Positions 1 through 9,392 of a stretch of 64,000 nucleotides of DNA are shown here, piece by piece; the first letter of the stretch is position 1; each line of letters begins with the position of its first letter. Where the stretch lies: positions 1 to 64,000 of the IMG/VR virus record IMGVR_UViG_3300025154_000068. One strand, given 5' to 3'. This DNA comes from a virus. The notes below the pieces were generated by a model. The model did no database searches. It saw nothing but the letters and a program-made list of their open reading frames with translations, and was not told the origin of the DNA. Both the position numbers and the translations under genes were made by a program.

Positions 1-3
1 CGA

Positions 4-145
4 AATGTCAACGGCAGGTAGAGAGCGAGCGACGTTCTGCAATGACAACGAAACACGGGAAGCGATTGAAGGAGGAGGCATGTTGAAGGAATCAAAGAAG
101 CGAGAGAGTGAACCAGATGACAACGAAAGCACCGATAGCGCGCTG
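4..145 (+). repeat. 37-38 nt periodic dual-repeat array (TIGR-like), truncated by window start
   Basis: ATGWCAACGR-like motif at 5, 42, 80 (degenerate) and 117 alternates with AGCG(A)NNGA-like motif at 24, 61, 99 and 137; 9-10 nt variable segments lie between motifs. Confidence 0.7.
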
Positions 146-1114
146 ATCACAGTCAAGAAACTGGAGCGCGCCAAGGCGAAGCGTAAGCAAGAACGCCGCA
201 TCGCGGCACCGTCTAGCGATGACCCCAAGGTGGAACTGCGCCGGCTCGTTCAGGAGCATTCTAAGCGGACGCGTGGAGCGGTTGCCATGGAGTCGATGGG
301 CACCGCGAAGAAGGCTCGTGTCGACATGCCGCAGCGTGGACTGAAGAAGGGCGACAAGATCCCTTGCGCCTACCCCGACGACATCGCGGACGAGATGATT
401 GCCATGGCAAAGGCGATGAAGGGTTCCGCGTCGGACCTCGAATCCCCGATTCGGGCAAGCCTCAAGAAGTGCCCGATCTACACGACGTTTCTTCAGCACG
501 TCTACGGATTCGGCGTGGTGTCGAGTGCCTACCTGGTCGCCATGATCGACATCCATCACGAGGACGAGACCGGACGCCAACTACGCCCCTCCGGCCTGCG
601 TCGGTTCTGCGGATACGCCGTCATGAATGGCAAGTTGGAACGTCCCACCAAGGGACAGAAGCTCGGGTACAGCACGGAACTTCGAACGCGCATCTGGCAG
701 GCGTTTCAGGCCATGCGCAAGAACGCGGCGAAGTGCACGAACGACGCCCCGTATGGCGTGACAACCAAGTACCTCGACATCTGGTACAACGCAAAGCAGG
801 GAGCAACCACCGCCGGAATGCAGCCCGGGGCGGCGGACTCCAAGGGGCGCAATAAGGCGACCGACGTCTTTCTTCTGGACCTGTACACCGTTTGGCGGTC
901 AATCGAGGGGCTCGAATCGTGGCCTTCCTACTACGAGCAACACGTCGGCGAGGGACATCGAGGGTGGCACTTGCTCGGGTCCAATGGCCCGCAACGGTTC
1001 ACTGTCGACGCCGCGCTTCTGCTCGCTGGGGACCTCTCTCCGCGGCCGCTGAACGAGTCTCGATCGTGGAAGCTCGCAATCGAGGAGGCAATCGATGAGC
1101 ATCGAGGCGTTTGA
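80..1114 (+). CDS. Nop-domain / IS110 C-terminal-like RNA-binding protein, TasA-like (no nuclease domain)
   Basis: GGAGGAGG RBS at 71-78; coiled coil then PIYTTFLQHVYGFGVVSSAYLVAMIDI, PSGLRRFCGY, KGQKLGYSTELRT and FLLDLYTVWRSIEGL; no DEDD RuvC N-terminus. Confidence 0.75.
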   Translation: MLKESKKRESEPDDNESTDSALITVKKLERAKAKRKQERRIAAPSSDDPKVELRRLVQEHSKRTRGAVAMESMGTAKKARVDMPQRGLKKGDKIPCAYPDDIADEMIAMAKAMKGSASDLESPIRASLKKCPIYTTFLQHVYGFGVVSSAYLVAMIDIHHEDETGRQLRPSGLRRFCGYAVMNGKLERPTKGQKLGYSTELRTRIWQAFQAMRKNAAKCTNDAPYGVTTKYLDIWYNAKQGATTAGMQPGAADSKGRNKATDVFLLDLYTVWRSIEGLESWPSYYEQHVGEGHRGWHLLGSNGPQRFTVDAALLLAGDLSPRPLNESRSWKLAIEEAIDEHRGV

Positions 1115-1412
1115 CACGCTGTGCGCGCTGCGAGATTCGCTCGTAGCGCTGGGGTTGGAGTCGCTGCTGGACGCGATGGCAAGCGGCGACGAGGACGCGG
1201 TTGAGGCCGCATTGGAGGCGCTATGTTCTGTGGCCTGATCAATCGCGCATGTCCGCCCGCTCGAAGCGTCTGGCTCGCATGGGAACGAGCTCGCCGCCGG
1301 GCGCAGTGCAGGGCGATCCGAACGGGGGACACCGCACAGCTCGAATGGCTCGAGCGGGCGCGGACTGAACTGGAACTGAGCGCGGCGAACTGAGCCGCAA
1401 GGGAGAAGAACG

Positions 1413-2573
1413 ATGGCACAAGCAGCACGACAACAGAGCATCAATGATTGGGCGGCGCAGGAGATAGCCGGGAGCTTCGCGGATGCGAACGAGGCTTCCA
1501 AGCGATTGAAGGCGGCCGCGGAGAATTGCCACCTGATCGGCGGGATGACCGTGTGCCCGATGCCCGAAGGCTACGAGGTACAGATCATTGTGGTGCCGAT
1601 CAATAAGGACCGCTGCTACGACATCAAGGGGCAGCCGAACGCCAAGGGCATCGGCAAGAGCACGCTCATGACGCTCTCGAACGCGGCAGGCGTCGAGTGG
1701 GTCGTGAGCCGCCGTATCGACGACGGCCGTGACCCGCGGTTCTGTCACTGGCACGTTGAGGGACGATACCCACTTATCGATGGCACCTACCGCATGATCG
1801 AGGGGGACCGCGACGTGGACCTCCGCGAGGGGGCAGACCAGATCGCCGGCAAGACCGCAGGAGAGATTGCGGCGCTGCGCCAGAACATGATGCGCAGCGC
1901 CATCACGAAGGCGAAGTTGCGGGCGCTTCGTGAAGGGTTTGGCGTCGACCAGGGGATGCCGATTCCCGAGCTCGACAAGCCCTTCGTGTTCGCAAAGGCG
2001 GTGTTCACCGGTCGGTCCAGCGACCCGAAAATCCGCCGCATGTTCGCCGCGGTCATCGCCCAGAAGCAACTCATGGCGTCGCAGGCGCTGTTCGGTGGAG
2101 CGCCCGCGCTCATGGCTCCGGCGCCTCTTGCCCAATTGCCCAGCGGGTTCAACATGCAGGAACCGCCTGGGATGGACCTTGACTACGACGATGATGGCGA
2201 GGTCATCGACATGCCCGCTGCGCCGCCTCCTGGTCCCGCGCCCGCGCCACCGACCCCGCCGCCGGCCAGGCAATCGCCTCCACCGCAACGCGGCTCCGCG
2301 CCAAGGCAGTCCGGAGGAGGCGTCTGGCCCTGGGCATCGAAGCGCGCGGGCGACCCCGAGAAGGGCGCGGCGCTGTCTTCGGTAAGCGATGAGGCGCTCG
2401 GTCGGCTCATCTCCTACTACGAGAAGAACCCAGGGGACGAGCGGTGGGCGGCGAAGAATGCCGCGCTCTCAGCCGAGGCCCAAGCCATCCTCGACTCGCG
2501 AAGCGGAGGCGGAAACGAGCCAGTGGGCGACGGCTTCGACGACCGCGACCCGGGCAACCCGGATGACTTCTGA
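1413..2573 (+). CDS. Phage recombination-module protein (possible ssDNA annealing protein) with Pro-rich linker and acidic tail
   Basis: GGGAG RBS; upstream of sbcCD; globular N-terminus, PAAPPPGPAP linker, acidic end (DDRDPGNPDDF). Confidence 0.5.
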   Translation: MAQAARQQSINDWAAQEIAGSFADANEASKRLKAAAENCHLIGGMTVCPMPEGYEVQIIVVPINKDRCYDIKGQPNAKGIGKSTLMTLSNAAGVEWVVSRRIDDGRDPRFCHWHVEGRYPLIDGTYRMIEGDRDVDLREGADQIAGKTAGEIAALRQNMMRSAITKAKLRALREGFGVDQGMPIPELDKPFVFAKAVFTGRSSDPKIRRMFAAVIAQKQLMASQALFGGAPALMAPAPLAQLPSGFNMQEPPGMDLDYDDDGEVIDMPAAPPPGPAPAPPTPPPARQSPPPQRGSAPRQSGGGVWPWASKRAGDPEKGAALSSVSDEALGRLISYYEKNPGDERWAAKNAALSAEAQAILDSRSGGGNEPVGDGFDDRDPGNPDDF

Positions 2574-2612
2574 GCAGGCCCGGGGCGAAAGCCGCCAAGA
2601 AAGGAGGCGCAC

Positions 2613-2876
2613 ATGTTTACGCACGCACTTGGATCCAAGGTTCGTGACCGAGTAACCGGGTACACCGGGATCGTCATCGGTCAGACGTCTTGGCTGTACG
2701 GATGCCGACGCTACACCGTCCAGTCGCAGGAGATGAAGGACGGCAAGCCCGTCGACGCCATGAGCTTCGACGAAGATGCCCTCGAGACAATCGAGGAATC
2801 GAAGGTTGTCAACCCAGTCAAGGACACGGGAGGACCGCAGCGCGAGCCTTCAAGGGGGCGCGAGGCAACACGGTAA
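2613..2876 (+). CDS. Small conserved phage protein
   Basis: AGGAGG RBS; KVRDRVTGYTGIV..WLYGCRRY pattern typical of phage small proteins. Confidence 0.75.
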   Translation: MFTHALGSKVRDRVTGYTGIVIGQTSWLYGCRRYTVQSQEMKDGKPVDAMSFDEDALETIEESKVVNPVKDTGGPQREPSRGREATR

Positions 2877-2969
2877 CCAACTGACCACCACCCGCATCGC
2901 CACGTAGCCCCAGCGGTTCGTGGCTTTTCGGGTGTCCCGTGTAGGACTTTGACAAGGAGGTGACGCATG

Positions 2970-3140
2970 CGCCGCCGGGGAAAGCCCGGGCCGATCTGTC
3001 GGTAGGTGTTTTGAAACAACAGATACCCGCGTGGTGAACGCGGGCCCGCACGGAAGCGAAAACTGTAACAATGATTCAAAGCCATTGGGTTACGACTCAT
3101 CTACGGGGAAATCTCTCGCGCTTCAGAGCCGTGCGGGATA
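2970..3140 (+). ncRNA. Candidate structured ncRNA (multi-stem)
   Basis: Stems ATCTGT/ACAGAT, CCCGCGT/ACGCGGG, and CCCGCACGG(3045)/CCGTGCGGG(3129) enclosing GAAGCG/CGCTTC and GTAAC/GTTAC. Confidence 0.45.
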
Positions 3141-3143
3141 GTT

Positions 3144-3217
3144 GCCCCTCAGCTCAGGTGAGCGACCCGGTGTGACGTCCCCGGGGATGGCGTGGTTCGG
3201 TTCCACGGAGGGGCGCC
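3144..3217 (+). tRNA. tRNA-like element (atypical or pseudo-tRNA; anticodon not assignable)
   Basis: Acceptor GCCCCTC/GAGGGGC, D arm GCTC-AGGT-GAGC, stem CCCGG/CCGGG with 10-nt loop, T arm CGTGG-TTCGGTT-CCACG. Confidence 0.6.
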
Positions 3218-3227
3218 GAGGTGAACG

Positions 3228-4382
3228 ATGCGAGTAGTGATAACAGCGGACACACACGCAGACGAAAGGCGTAAGTGGTCGGAGCATTGCCGCGTGCTCG
3301 ACTGGATGGCCGAAGACATGCGCACAAGGCAAGTCGACCTGGTCTGTCACGGAGGCGACATCTACGATGGAGTGTCCACGCCCACAGGGCGCAAGTACGT
3401 CGCCGACTGGATCCAGCGCGTGGCGGAGTTCGCGCCGATGTGCCTCGTTGCAGGCAACCATGATCGACACCTCGACGTCGAACACATTGCGCGCCTACGA
3501 ACCAAGTACCCCATCATCGCGGTCGAGCGTCCTGGCGTTCACGTCGTAGCTGGCGTCGCTGTCGCGATGCTTCCATGGCCTAGGATGGCCCATCTGCTCG
3601 CGGCCTTGGGCCGGAACGTGGGGCGCGAGGAAGCCGGGCAGGTGGCGATCGAGGCGCTCCGGTCCGTTCTGACAGGCCTTGGCGTGGAGCTCGCGCGTCA
3701 TGCCGGCCCGCGCATTCTTCTCGCCCACGCCATGGTCGACGGGTCGAAGACGGATAGCCGACAGCCAATCATGGGAGCTGACCTTACCGTGTCGATCGCG
3801 GATATGTCGCTCTGCAAGGCCGACATCATGGTCGCTGGGCACGTGCACGCTGAGCAGGAGATGGCGCACGCTGGAGCCGACCTCGTCATTCCCGGATGCC
3901 CCTACCACCGCACGTTCGGTGAGCCTGGCCCGACGAGCTACGTGGTTGCGCACTTCGCCCCCGACAGGACCGCAGAACCGCCGACATGGGAGCGAATCTC
4001 TACCCCCGCGACGAAGATGCTGTTGCTCGATGCCGAATGGGACACCGAGAGCCAGGCACTCCTGGGGCACCACCGGTTCGTCGACGTGGAAGGCTGCGAA
4101 GTTCGCCTTCGCTACACAGTACCGAGCGACCAGCGAGAAAGCTCCAAGCAACGCGCGAATGAGGCCGAGGAAGCCTTGAAATCGCGCGGCGCAGTGAGCG
4201 TCAAAGTAGATGAGGTCGTGCTGCCCAAGACCCACGCCCGGGTGCCAGAGGTGGCGGAAGCCAAGACCCTGGAGCAGAAGCTCCGAGCGCTGTGGAAGGC
4301 GCGCGACCCGGAGTTGGAAGAGGCCCGCAAGTCGAGGCTGCTCGGCATGGCGGATGAACTGGAGAGGGAGGCCGCGACGTGA
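3228..4382 (+). CDS. sbcD: SbcD/Mre11-like metallophosphoesterase nuclease
   Basis: DTH, GDIYD, GNHD, LLAH and GHVH motifs; overlaps the following SMC ATPase. Confidence 0.9.
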   Translation: MRVVITADTHADERRKWSEHCRVLDWMAEDMRTRQVDLVCHGGDIYDGVSTPTGRKYVADWIQRVAEFAPMCLVAGNHDRHLDVEHIARLRTKYPIIAVERPGVHVVAGVAVAMLPWPRMAHLLAALGRNVGREEAGQVAIEALRSVLTGLGVELARHAGPRILLAHAMVDGSKTDSRQPIMGADLTVSIADMSLCKADIMVAGHVHAEQEMAHAGADLVIPGCPYHRTFGEPGPTSYVVAHFAPDRTAEPPTWERISTPATKMLLLDAEWDTESQALLGHHRFVDVEGCEVRLRYTVPSDQRESSKQRANEAEEALKSRGAVSVKVDEVVLPKTHARVPEVAEAKTLEQKLRALWKARDPELEEARKSRLLGMADELEREAAT

Positions 4383-6811
4383 GATACCGATCCATCCGCT
4401 TTGTAGGGATTCGACCGTACGCGGGCGAAGTGTTCCTCGACCTCGACTCGATTCCCGGACCGATCGTCGCGATCCACGGACCGAATGGGTCTGGCAAGTC
4501 CACGTTGTGCGAGATGCTCGCGACCGGCGCCTACCGTCGCACGCCAACGCATGGCCGCATCGTAGACATGGCGACGACCCGCGACGCCTACGTGGAAGTT
4601 GTGGTGGAAAACGGACAGACCTACACCGTGCGGCACAAGGTCGACGCAGTGAGCCGCAAGGGAACCTCCGAGGTCACTGGGCCCGCCGGCCCGGTGTTCG
4701 ACACGGGCAAGTCCAGCGACTTCGACGCGTGGGCGAAGGTGGTATTCCCTCCGCGCGAGGTCTACTTCGCCGGAGCGTTCTCTGCGCAGGAGTCCGACGG
4801 GCTGTTGAAAATGGACGGCTCTGACCGCATGCGAACGCTACTGAGAGCGATCGGGTGTGAACGCTACGAAGTACTCGCCAAGATCGCACGAGACAAAGCG
4901 GCTGCCGTTGCCAAACGGCTCGACGTACTCGCTGCGCGAATTGCCGATGAGCAGGTTCGAGGGCTTGACGTCGCGGTGGCTGAGCAGGAGTTGGTGGAAG
5001 CACGTGCCCGGGCAGCGGGGGCTGATGCCGAGCTTGAACAGGCAAAGGCCGAACTCGCGCGGGTCGAGGAGGAGGCACGGATCGCTCGAGAAGCGCGCAC
5101 CGCTTTCGAGACCCATGTCGACCGGACAGCGATGCTTCGCAATCTGCAGTTGGAGGTTCTCCAACGCATCGGCGACCTGGAGAAGCGCATTGCGAACAAC
5201 CGCATGGTGCTCGACGACGCAGATCGAATCCGTGCCGCCGTTTCCGATATCCCGACGCTACGCCAGGGCATGGAAGACCTTCGAGTCAAGTGCTCCGACG
5301 CAGCCCACGACGTCCGAGCCTTCGAGACGGAATCGCTCTCATGGCTTGGCCGATCGAAGGATGCCGAACGCCGGGTCACGGCAGCCAGTGCACGCGTCCA
5401 GTCTGCTCGGTATAGGCTCGCTGGTCGGGAAGCCGTTGAGCGCGCCGTGGCCGAACTGGAGCGCTTGCGCGATGCCGTTGGGGTTGCGGCGCAGGAGCAT
5501 CTTGCGGCAACGGAGGCGTACGAGGCGCTTGCAAGTCAGACGGTGGCAGGCCTTGGCGAGCGTATCGATGGGCTACGCGGTGGGCTGCAACGAATCGCGG
5601 ACCTCCCCGCTACCATCGAGAATGCGCAGGATATCGCGGCGCGTTCGTTGGACGCCGACGATACCGCAGCACGCCTTGCCATCGAGTTGCCACGTCTCAA
5701 GATCGAAGCGGTCGAGCGTTGGGACAAGGCCAGAATCGCTCTGGACAAGGCGCGAAGCCAACTCAGCACAGCCGAGGCCACCGCCTCACGTGCTCCCGAT
5801 CTGGACCTCGCACAGCAAGACCTTGACGCCGCGCAGGTCGACGCGCGCACGGCAACCGAGGAAGCGTTGGCACACGTTCGTCGTTCGAAAGATGCGCAGG
5901 CGAAGGCGGACGCAGCATCAAATAGCATGCACGCTCTCGGGGATGCGGTGTGCGCGGCGGAAGACCGGCTCGCCAAGGCTGAGGCCCTCGCCGCCCGCGC
6001 CAAGCACATCGACTCCGCACAAGCACGCATCGAAGAACTCGCCCTTCAGCTCGCTGCCGCGAACGCCGATCGCGAGCGCATCGAGGCCGACATGGAGGCC
6101 ATGGACCGCCCCCCAGTCGTTCCGCCGACGCCCAACGTGGAGCCTTCCACACTCGCCCTTCGACAAGCCGAACGCGCTGCCAGGGACGCCCACGCCGCGC
6201 CGCCAGTCCGAGAGCACGCCCTGAAGCAAGCGACGGAGTCGGTCGCCAAGCTCTACGCCCTGGCAGCAGAGCGCGCCGCCGTTGAGACGGAGATCGGCGA
6301 CTGGACAAAGCTGGCCGAGTCCTTGCGCGACCTTCAAAGCCTCGAGATCGATGCGGCCGGCCCCGAGCTCACCGAGCTGACGAACGATTTTCTGCGCTCC
6401 TGTGTTGGCGACAGGTGGTCGGTCTCGTGGGAGACGACGCGCATGGACAGCAAGGGCAAGAGGGAACTCGACGACTGCCACATCTCGGTGCTCGACACGG
6501 AGGAAGGGCGCGAGGCAAACGGCAAGGAATTCTCCCCGGGACAACGCGCTGTCGTGGAACTCGGGTGCTCGCTGGCGCTCACGACGTATTCGTGCCGAAA
6601 GCTGGGCATCGAGCGGCCCACCCTTGTTCGCGACGAGTCAGACGCGCCGATGACGGAGGAGGCGAGCGCGGCGTTCATCCCGATGCTCCGCCGGGCGGCG
6701 AAGCTCATCGACGCCGACAAGGTGCTCATCATCACCCACCGGCCGAACACCGTGGAGCTCGCCGACGCTCGAGTGCTCGTCGCCGATGGGAAGGTCGAGG
6801 TGCAGGTATGA
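4379..6811 (+). CDS. sbcC: SbcC/Rad50-like SMC ATPase
   Basis: Walker A GPNGSGKST, long coiled coil, signature FSPGQ, Walker B LVRDES, IITH. Confidence 0.9.
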   Translation: MRYRSIRFVGIRPYAGEVFLDLDSIPGPIVAIHGPNGSGKSTLCEMLATGAYRRTPTHGRIVDMATTRDAYVEVVVENGQTYTVRHKVDAVSRKGTSEVTGPAGPVFDTGKSSDFDAWAKVVFPPREVYFAGAFSAQESDGLLKMDGSDRMRTLLRAIGCERYEVLAKIARDKAAAVAKRLDVLAARIADEQVRGLDVAVAEQELVEARARAAGADAELEQAKAELARVEEEARIAREARTAFETHVDRTAMLRNLQLEVLQRIGDLEKRIANNRMVLDDADRIRAAVSDIPTLRQGMEDLRVKCSDAAHDVRAFETESLSWLGRSKDAERRVTAASARVQSARYRLAGREAVERAVAELERLRDAVGVAAQEHLAATEAYEALASQTVAGLGERIDGLRGGLQRIADLPATIENAQDIAARSLDADDTAARLAIELPRLKIEAVERWDKARIALDKARSQLSTAEATASRAPDLDLAQQDLDAAQVDARTATEEALAHVRRSKDAQAKADAASNSMHALGDAVCAAEDRLAKAEALAARAKHIDSAQARIEELALQLAAANADRERIEADMEAMDRPPVVPPTPNVEPSTLALRQAERAARDAHAAPPVREHALKQATESVAKLYALAAERAAVETEIGDWTKLAESLRDLQSLEIDAAGPELTELTNDFLRSCVGDRWSVSWETTRMDSKGKRELDDCHISVLDTEEGREANGKEFSPGQRAVVELGCSLALTTYSCRKLGIERPTLVRDESDAPMTEEASAAFIPMLRRAAKLIDADKVLIITHRPNTVELADARVLVADGKVEVQV

Positions 6812-7317
6812 CCCTCTATCACGGCGGGATCGCCGGCAAGCAACCGGGGGACATCCTTGTCCCGTCCCCGCCTCACGTGGTGTGCGGGTGCCCGGTCTGC
6901 GCTGCAAGGGCCGCGGGGCGTGTCTGCACCGTTGGGGAGTTTCGACTGTGGGCTATGGGCCTCGGGGAGCGCGGCAGGCCCATCCTCGAAGGCCTCAAGG
7001 ACGCAGACCCGTTTGACCCGGTCGACCCGCCGACAGGGCGCCAGGCCATCTACGTCACGACGAGTTTGCCGTACGCTCGGTGGTACGCTGCGAGAAGTCA
7101 GGGCGCGCTCTACACCGTCGAGCCCATCGGCGAGATGCAGCGGTCGACTGAGGACCATTTCCCGTCGTGGGCCTGTCAATCCGCTCGCGTGCTGAGCGTT
7201 GTGGAGCGACGCGTCCGACTCGACCGCAGGGACAGGCGAGAGATGCTGAGACTGTGGAAGCGGGCAGACAGGCGGGCAGACAAGGAGCATGGGAATGAGC
7301 ACGCCAAAGACGTTTGA
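6808..7317 (+). CDS. Arr-like ADP-ribosyltransferase-fold protein with Cys-rich insert
   Basis: ATGA overlap with sbcC; LYHGG..QPGDIL, IYVTT...A..YA, LYTVEPIG and SW...ARVLSV parallel the rifampin ART (Arr) motifs. Confidence 0.6.
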   Translation: MTLYHGGIAGKQPGDILVPSPPHVVCGCPVCAARAAGRVCTVGEFRLWAMGLGERGRPILEGLKDADPFDPVDPPTGRQAIYVTTSLPYARWYAARSQGALYTVEPIGEMQRSTEDHFPSWACQSARVLSVVERRVRLDRRDRREMLRLWKRADRRADKEHGNEHAKDV

Positions 7318-7732
7318 CCTGGAAGCAATCGAGGCGAGGGCGAATGCTGCGACTCCCGGCCCCTGGGAATGGTTCGGAAACACTAAGACCCACACCTGCC
7401 ACCTGTCCACGGTCCACGGTGGACACCGGCACGTGCTCAACTTCTGGCGGTGGGGGATGAACGCGGCGCAACCAGCGTTCCAGGTCGCACTCGGCCCACC
7501 GATCGTTGCCGGCGATGGCTGCATGATGAGGCTCTCGGAGATGGAACATGAATGTCCAGAGCTGGGGCCGCGGTTCGAAGTGGAGTACCGACGGGACTTC
7601 TATGGTATCGCCCATCCGGACGCCGAATTCATCGCCCGCGCTCGCGAGGACGTGCCAGCGCTCATCATGGAAGTGAAGAGGCTTGAGGTCGAAGTTCAGG
7701 CGCTCTACGACGCATTGGCGGGCGAGCCATGA
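7295..7732 (+). CDS. Ead/Ea22-like phage protein
   Basis: LEAIEARANAATPGPW...DAEFIARAREDVPALI motif. Confidence 0.7.
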   Translation: MSTPKTFDLEAIEARANAATPGPWEWFGNTKTHTCHLSTVHGGHRHVLNFWRWGMNAAQPAFQVALGPPIVAGDGCMMRLSEMEHECPELGPRFEVEYRRDFYGIAHPDAEFIARAREDVPALIMEVKRLEVEVQALYDALAGEP

Positions 7733-8169
7733 AGTGCCTGTCGATTCGCCAGCCGTGGGCCTGGTTCATCGTCAACGCCGGCAAGACCATCGAAAACCGC
7801 ACGTGGCGCTGCCATTACCGCGGCCGCATTGCCATTCACGCGAGCAAGCTCCCGACATCAGGGAGGCGCTACGAAGAGGCGATCGACGACTTCTACGCCG
7901 GCAAGGCGATGGCTTTGGACGGAGGCGTGGACCTGCGAAAGCATCCCACGCCGATCAAGATGGACATGCTCGTCGCCCAGTCCGGTGCGATCATCGGCAC
8001 AGCGCGGATCGTGGACTGCGTGACCACGTCCTCCTCCCCCTGGTTTGTGGGCCCGTTCGGGATCGTGCTCGAGGATGTCCGACCCACCCCCGTCATTCCG
8101 TGTCGCGGGTCACTCGGGCTGTGGACGGTGCCGCCGGAGGTTGAGCGGCGGATTCTGGAGGCAGCGTGA
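7729..8169 (+). CDS. ASCH domain protein
   Basis: CLSIRQPWAWFIVNAGKTIENRTW, IAIHAS, GSLGLW. Confidence 0.9.
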   Translation: MKCLSIRQPWAWFIVNAGKTIENRTWRCHYRGRIAIHASKLPTSGRRYEEAIDDFYAGKAMALDGGVDLRKHPTPIKMDMLVAQSGAIIGTARIVDCVTTSSSPWFVGPFGIVLEDVRPTPVIPCRGSLGLWTVPPEVERRILEAA

Positions 8170-9392
8170 GCGTCAAGCAATTGGCCCTCTTCGGCGGCCA
8201 ACGAATTCAGATGAGCGAGTCCATCGATCTGACGATCGCCTCGCTGAACGCCTACGGTCCGACTCACAGGCACTGGGCAATCGCGTGGAGCGGTGGGAAG
8301 GATTCCACGACGCTGGTCACACTGGTCGTGTACCTCATCGAATCCGGCAAGGTCGCCAGGCCGGAAACTCTCACCGTCCTATACGCGGACACGCGGATGG
8401 AGCTGCTGCCTCTGTACCACGCATCACTCGCCATCCGCGAAGAACTGGAGGAACGCGGCATCGACACACGAGTAGCGCTGGCTCCGCTCGACAAGCGGTA
8501 CTTCGTCTATGTGCTGGGCCGCGGGGTGCCACCACCAAACAACAACACGCTGCGATGGTGCACGCGCCAGATCAAGATCGATCCGATGGCTGCAGAGCTG
8601 CAGCGTCTCTTTGGAGACCGTGGCGAGAAGGTTCTGCTACTGACAGGGGTTCGGCAGGGGGAAAGCGCCATCCGCGACGGCCGGATCGCGATGTCCTGCG
8701 GTCGAAACGGCGCCGAGTGCGGGCAGGGTTGGTACCAAGAGACCATGCCGGAGCAGCTGTGCGACACCCTTGCTCCGCTGCTCCACTGGCGCGTCTGCCA
8801 CGTCTGGGAGTGGCTCAAGCACTGGGCCCCCGAGGTAGAGTTCGGCGACTGGTCGACGCGGTGGATCGCGGATGCATACGGAGGCGACGAGGCCGAGGAG
8901 ATCAACGCTCGCACCGGGTGCGTTGGATGTCCGCTCGCGAACAAGGATGCCGCGCTCGATTCTGTGATAGCCCAGCCTCAGTGGGAATACCTCGCGCCGC
9001 TGAAGGGGTTGCGTCCACTGTACCGAGAGCTGCGCAGCCCGCTTGTTAGGTTGCGCAAGCGAGGAATTGAGAGACGGAAGGATGGCACCGCGGCAAGTAA
9101 TCCGCAGCGCATGGGCCCCATCACTTTGGAAGCGAGGCGGCTCGCATTCGGTCGCATCTTGGCTATCCAAGATGCCGCGAACGAAGAGGCGGACAGGCTA
9201 GGACGTCCTCGCATCGACCTCATCAATGAGGAAGAGAAGGCCCGAATCGAAGAGCTGATAGATGCAGGAACGTGGCCGCAGAAGTGGTCTGAGGATGACG
9301 CGCTCGCCACCGAGATGATGGATTCCGTCTTTCCAGACGGAACGGTTCAGCCGTTGCTAGCAGCGTTCTGTGGGCAGGGAGGCAAGGAATGA
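8166..9392 (+). CDS. PAPS reductase family / DndC-like PP-loop protein
   Basis: WSGGKDS, RWCTRQIKIDP, GVRQGESAIRD, ARTGCVGCP. Confidence 0.85.
   Translation: MSVKQLALFGGQRIQMSESIDLTIASLNAYGPTHRHWAIAWSGGKDSTTLVTLVVYLIESGKVARPETLTVLYADTRMELLPLYHASLAIREELEERGIDTRVALAPLDKRYFVYVLGRGVPPPNNNTLRWCTRQIKIDPMAAELQRLFGDRGEKVLLLTGVRQGESAIRDGRIAMSCGRNGAECGQGWYQETMPEQLCDTLAPLLHWRVCHVWEWLKHWAPEVEFGDWSTRWIADAYGGDEAEEINARTGCVGCPLANKDAALDSVIAQPQWEYLAPLKGLRPLYRELRSPLVRLRKRGIERRKDGTAASNPQRMGPITLEARRLAFGRILAIQDAANEEADRLGRPRIDLINEEEKARIEELIDAGTWPQKWSEDDALATEMMDSVFPDGTVQPLLAAFCGQGGKE

Noticed and set aside
4-145. CRISPR array
   Set aside because: Repeats are about 9-10 nt of two alternating types with 9-10 nt spacers; no cas genes
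80-1114. Active IS110 transposase
   Set aside because: No N-terminal DEDD RuvC domain or IS ends seen; the gene is coupled into a phage operon and sits beside a dual-repeat array
2936-2943. TCCCGTGT as a self-target of array spacer AACACGGGA
   Set aside because: Only 8 nt match and the partner spacer does not match alongside; expected by chance in 64 kb
8166-9392. Complete Dnd phosphorothioation system
   Set aside because: No dndA/B/D/E in the window; the SMC ATPase pairs with SbcD
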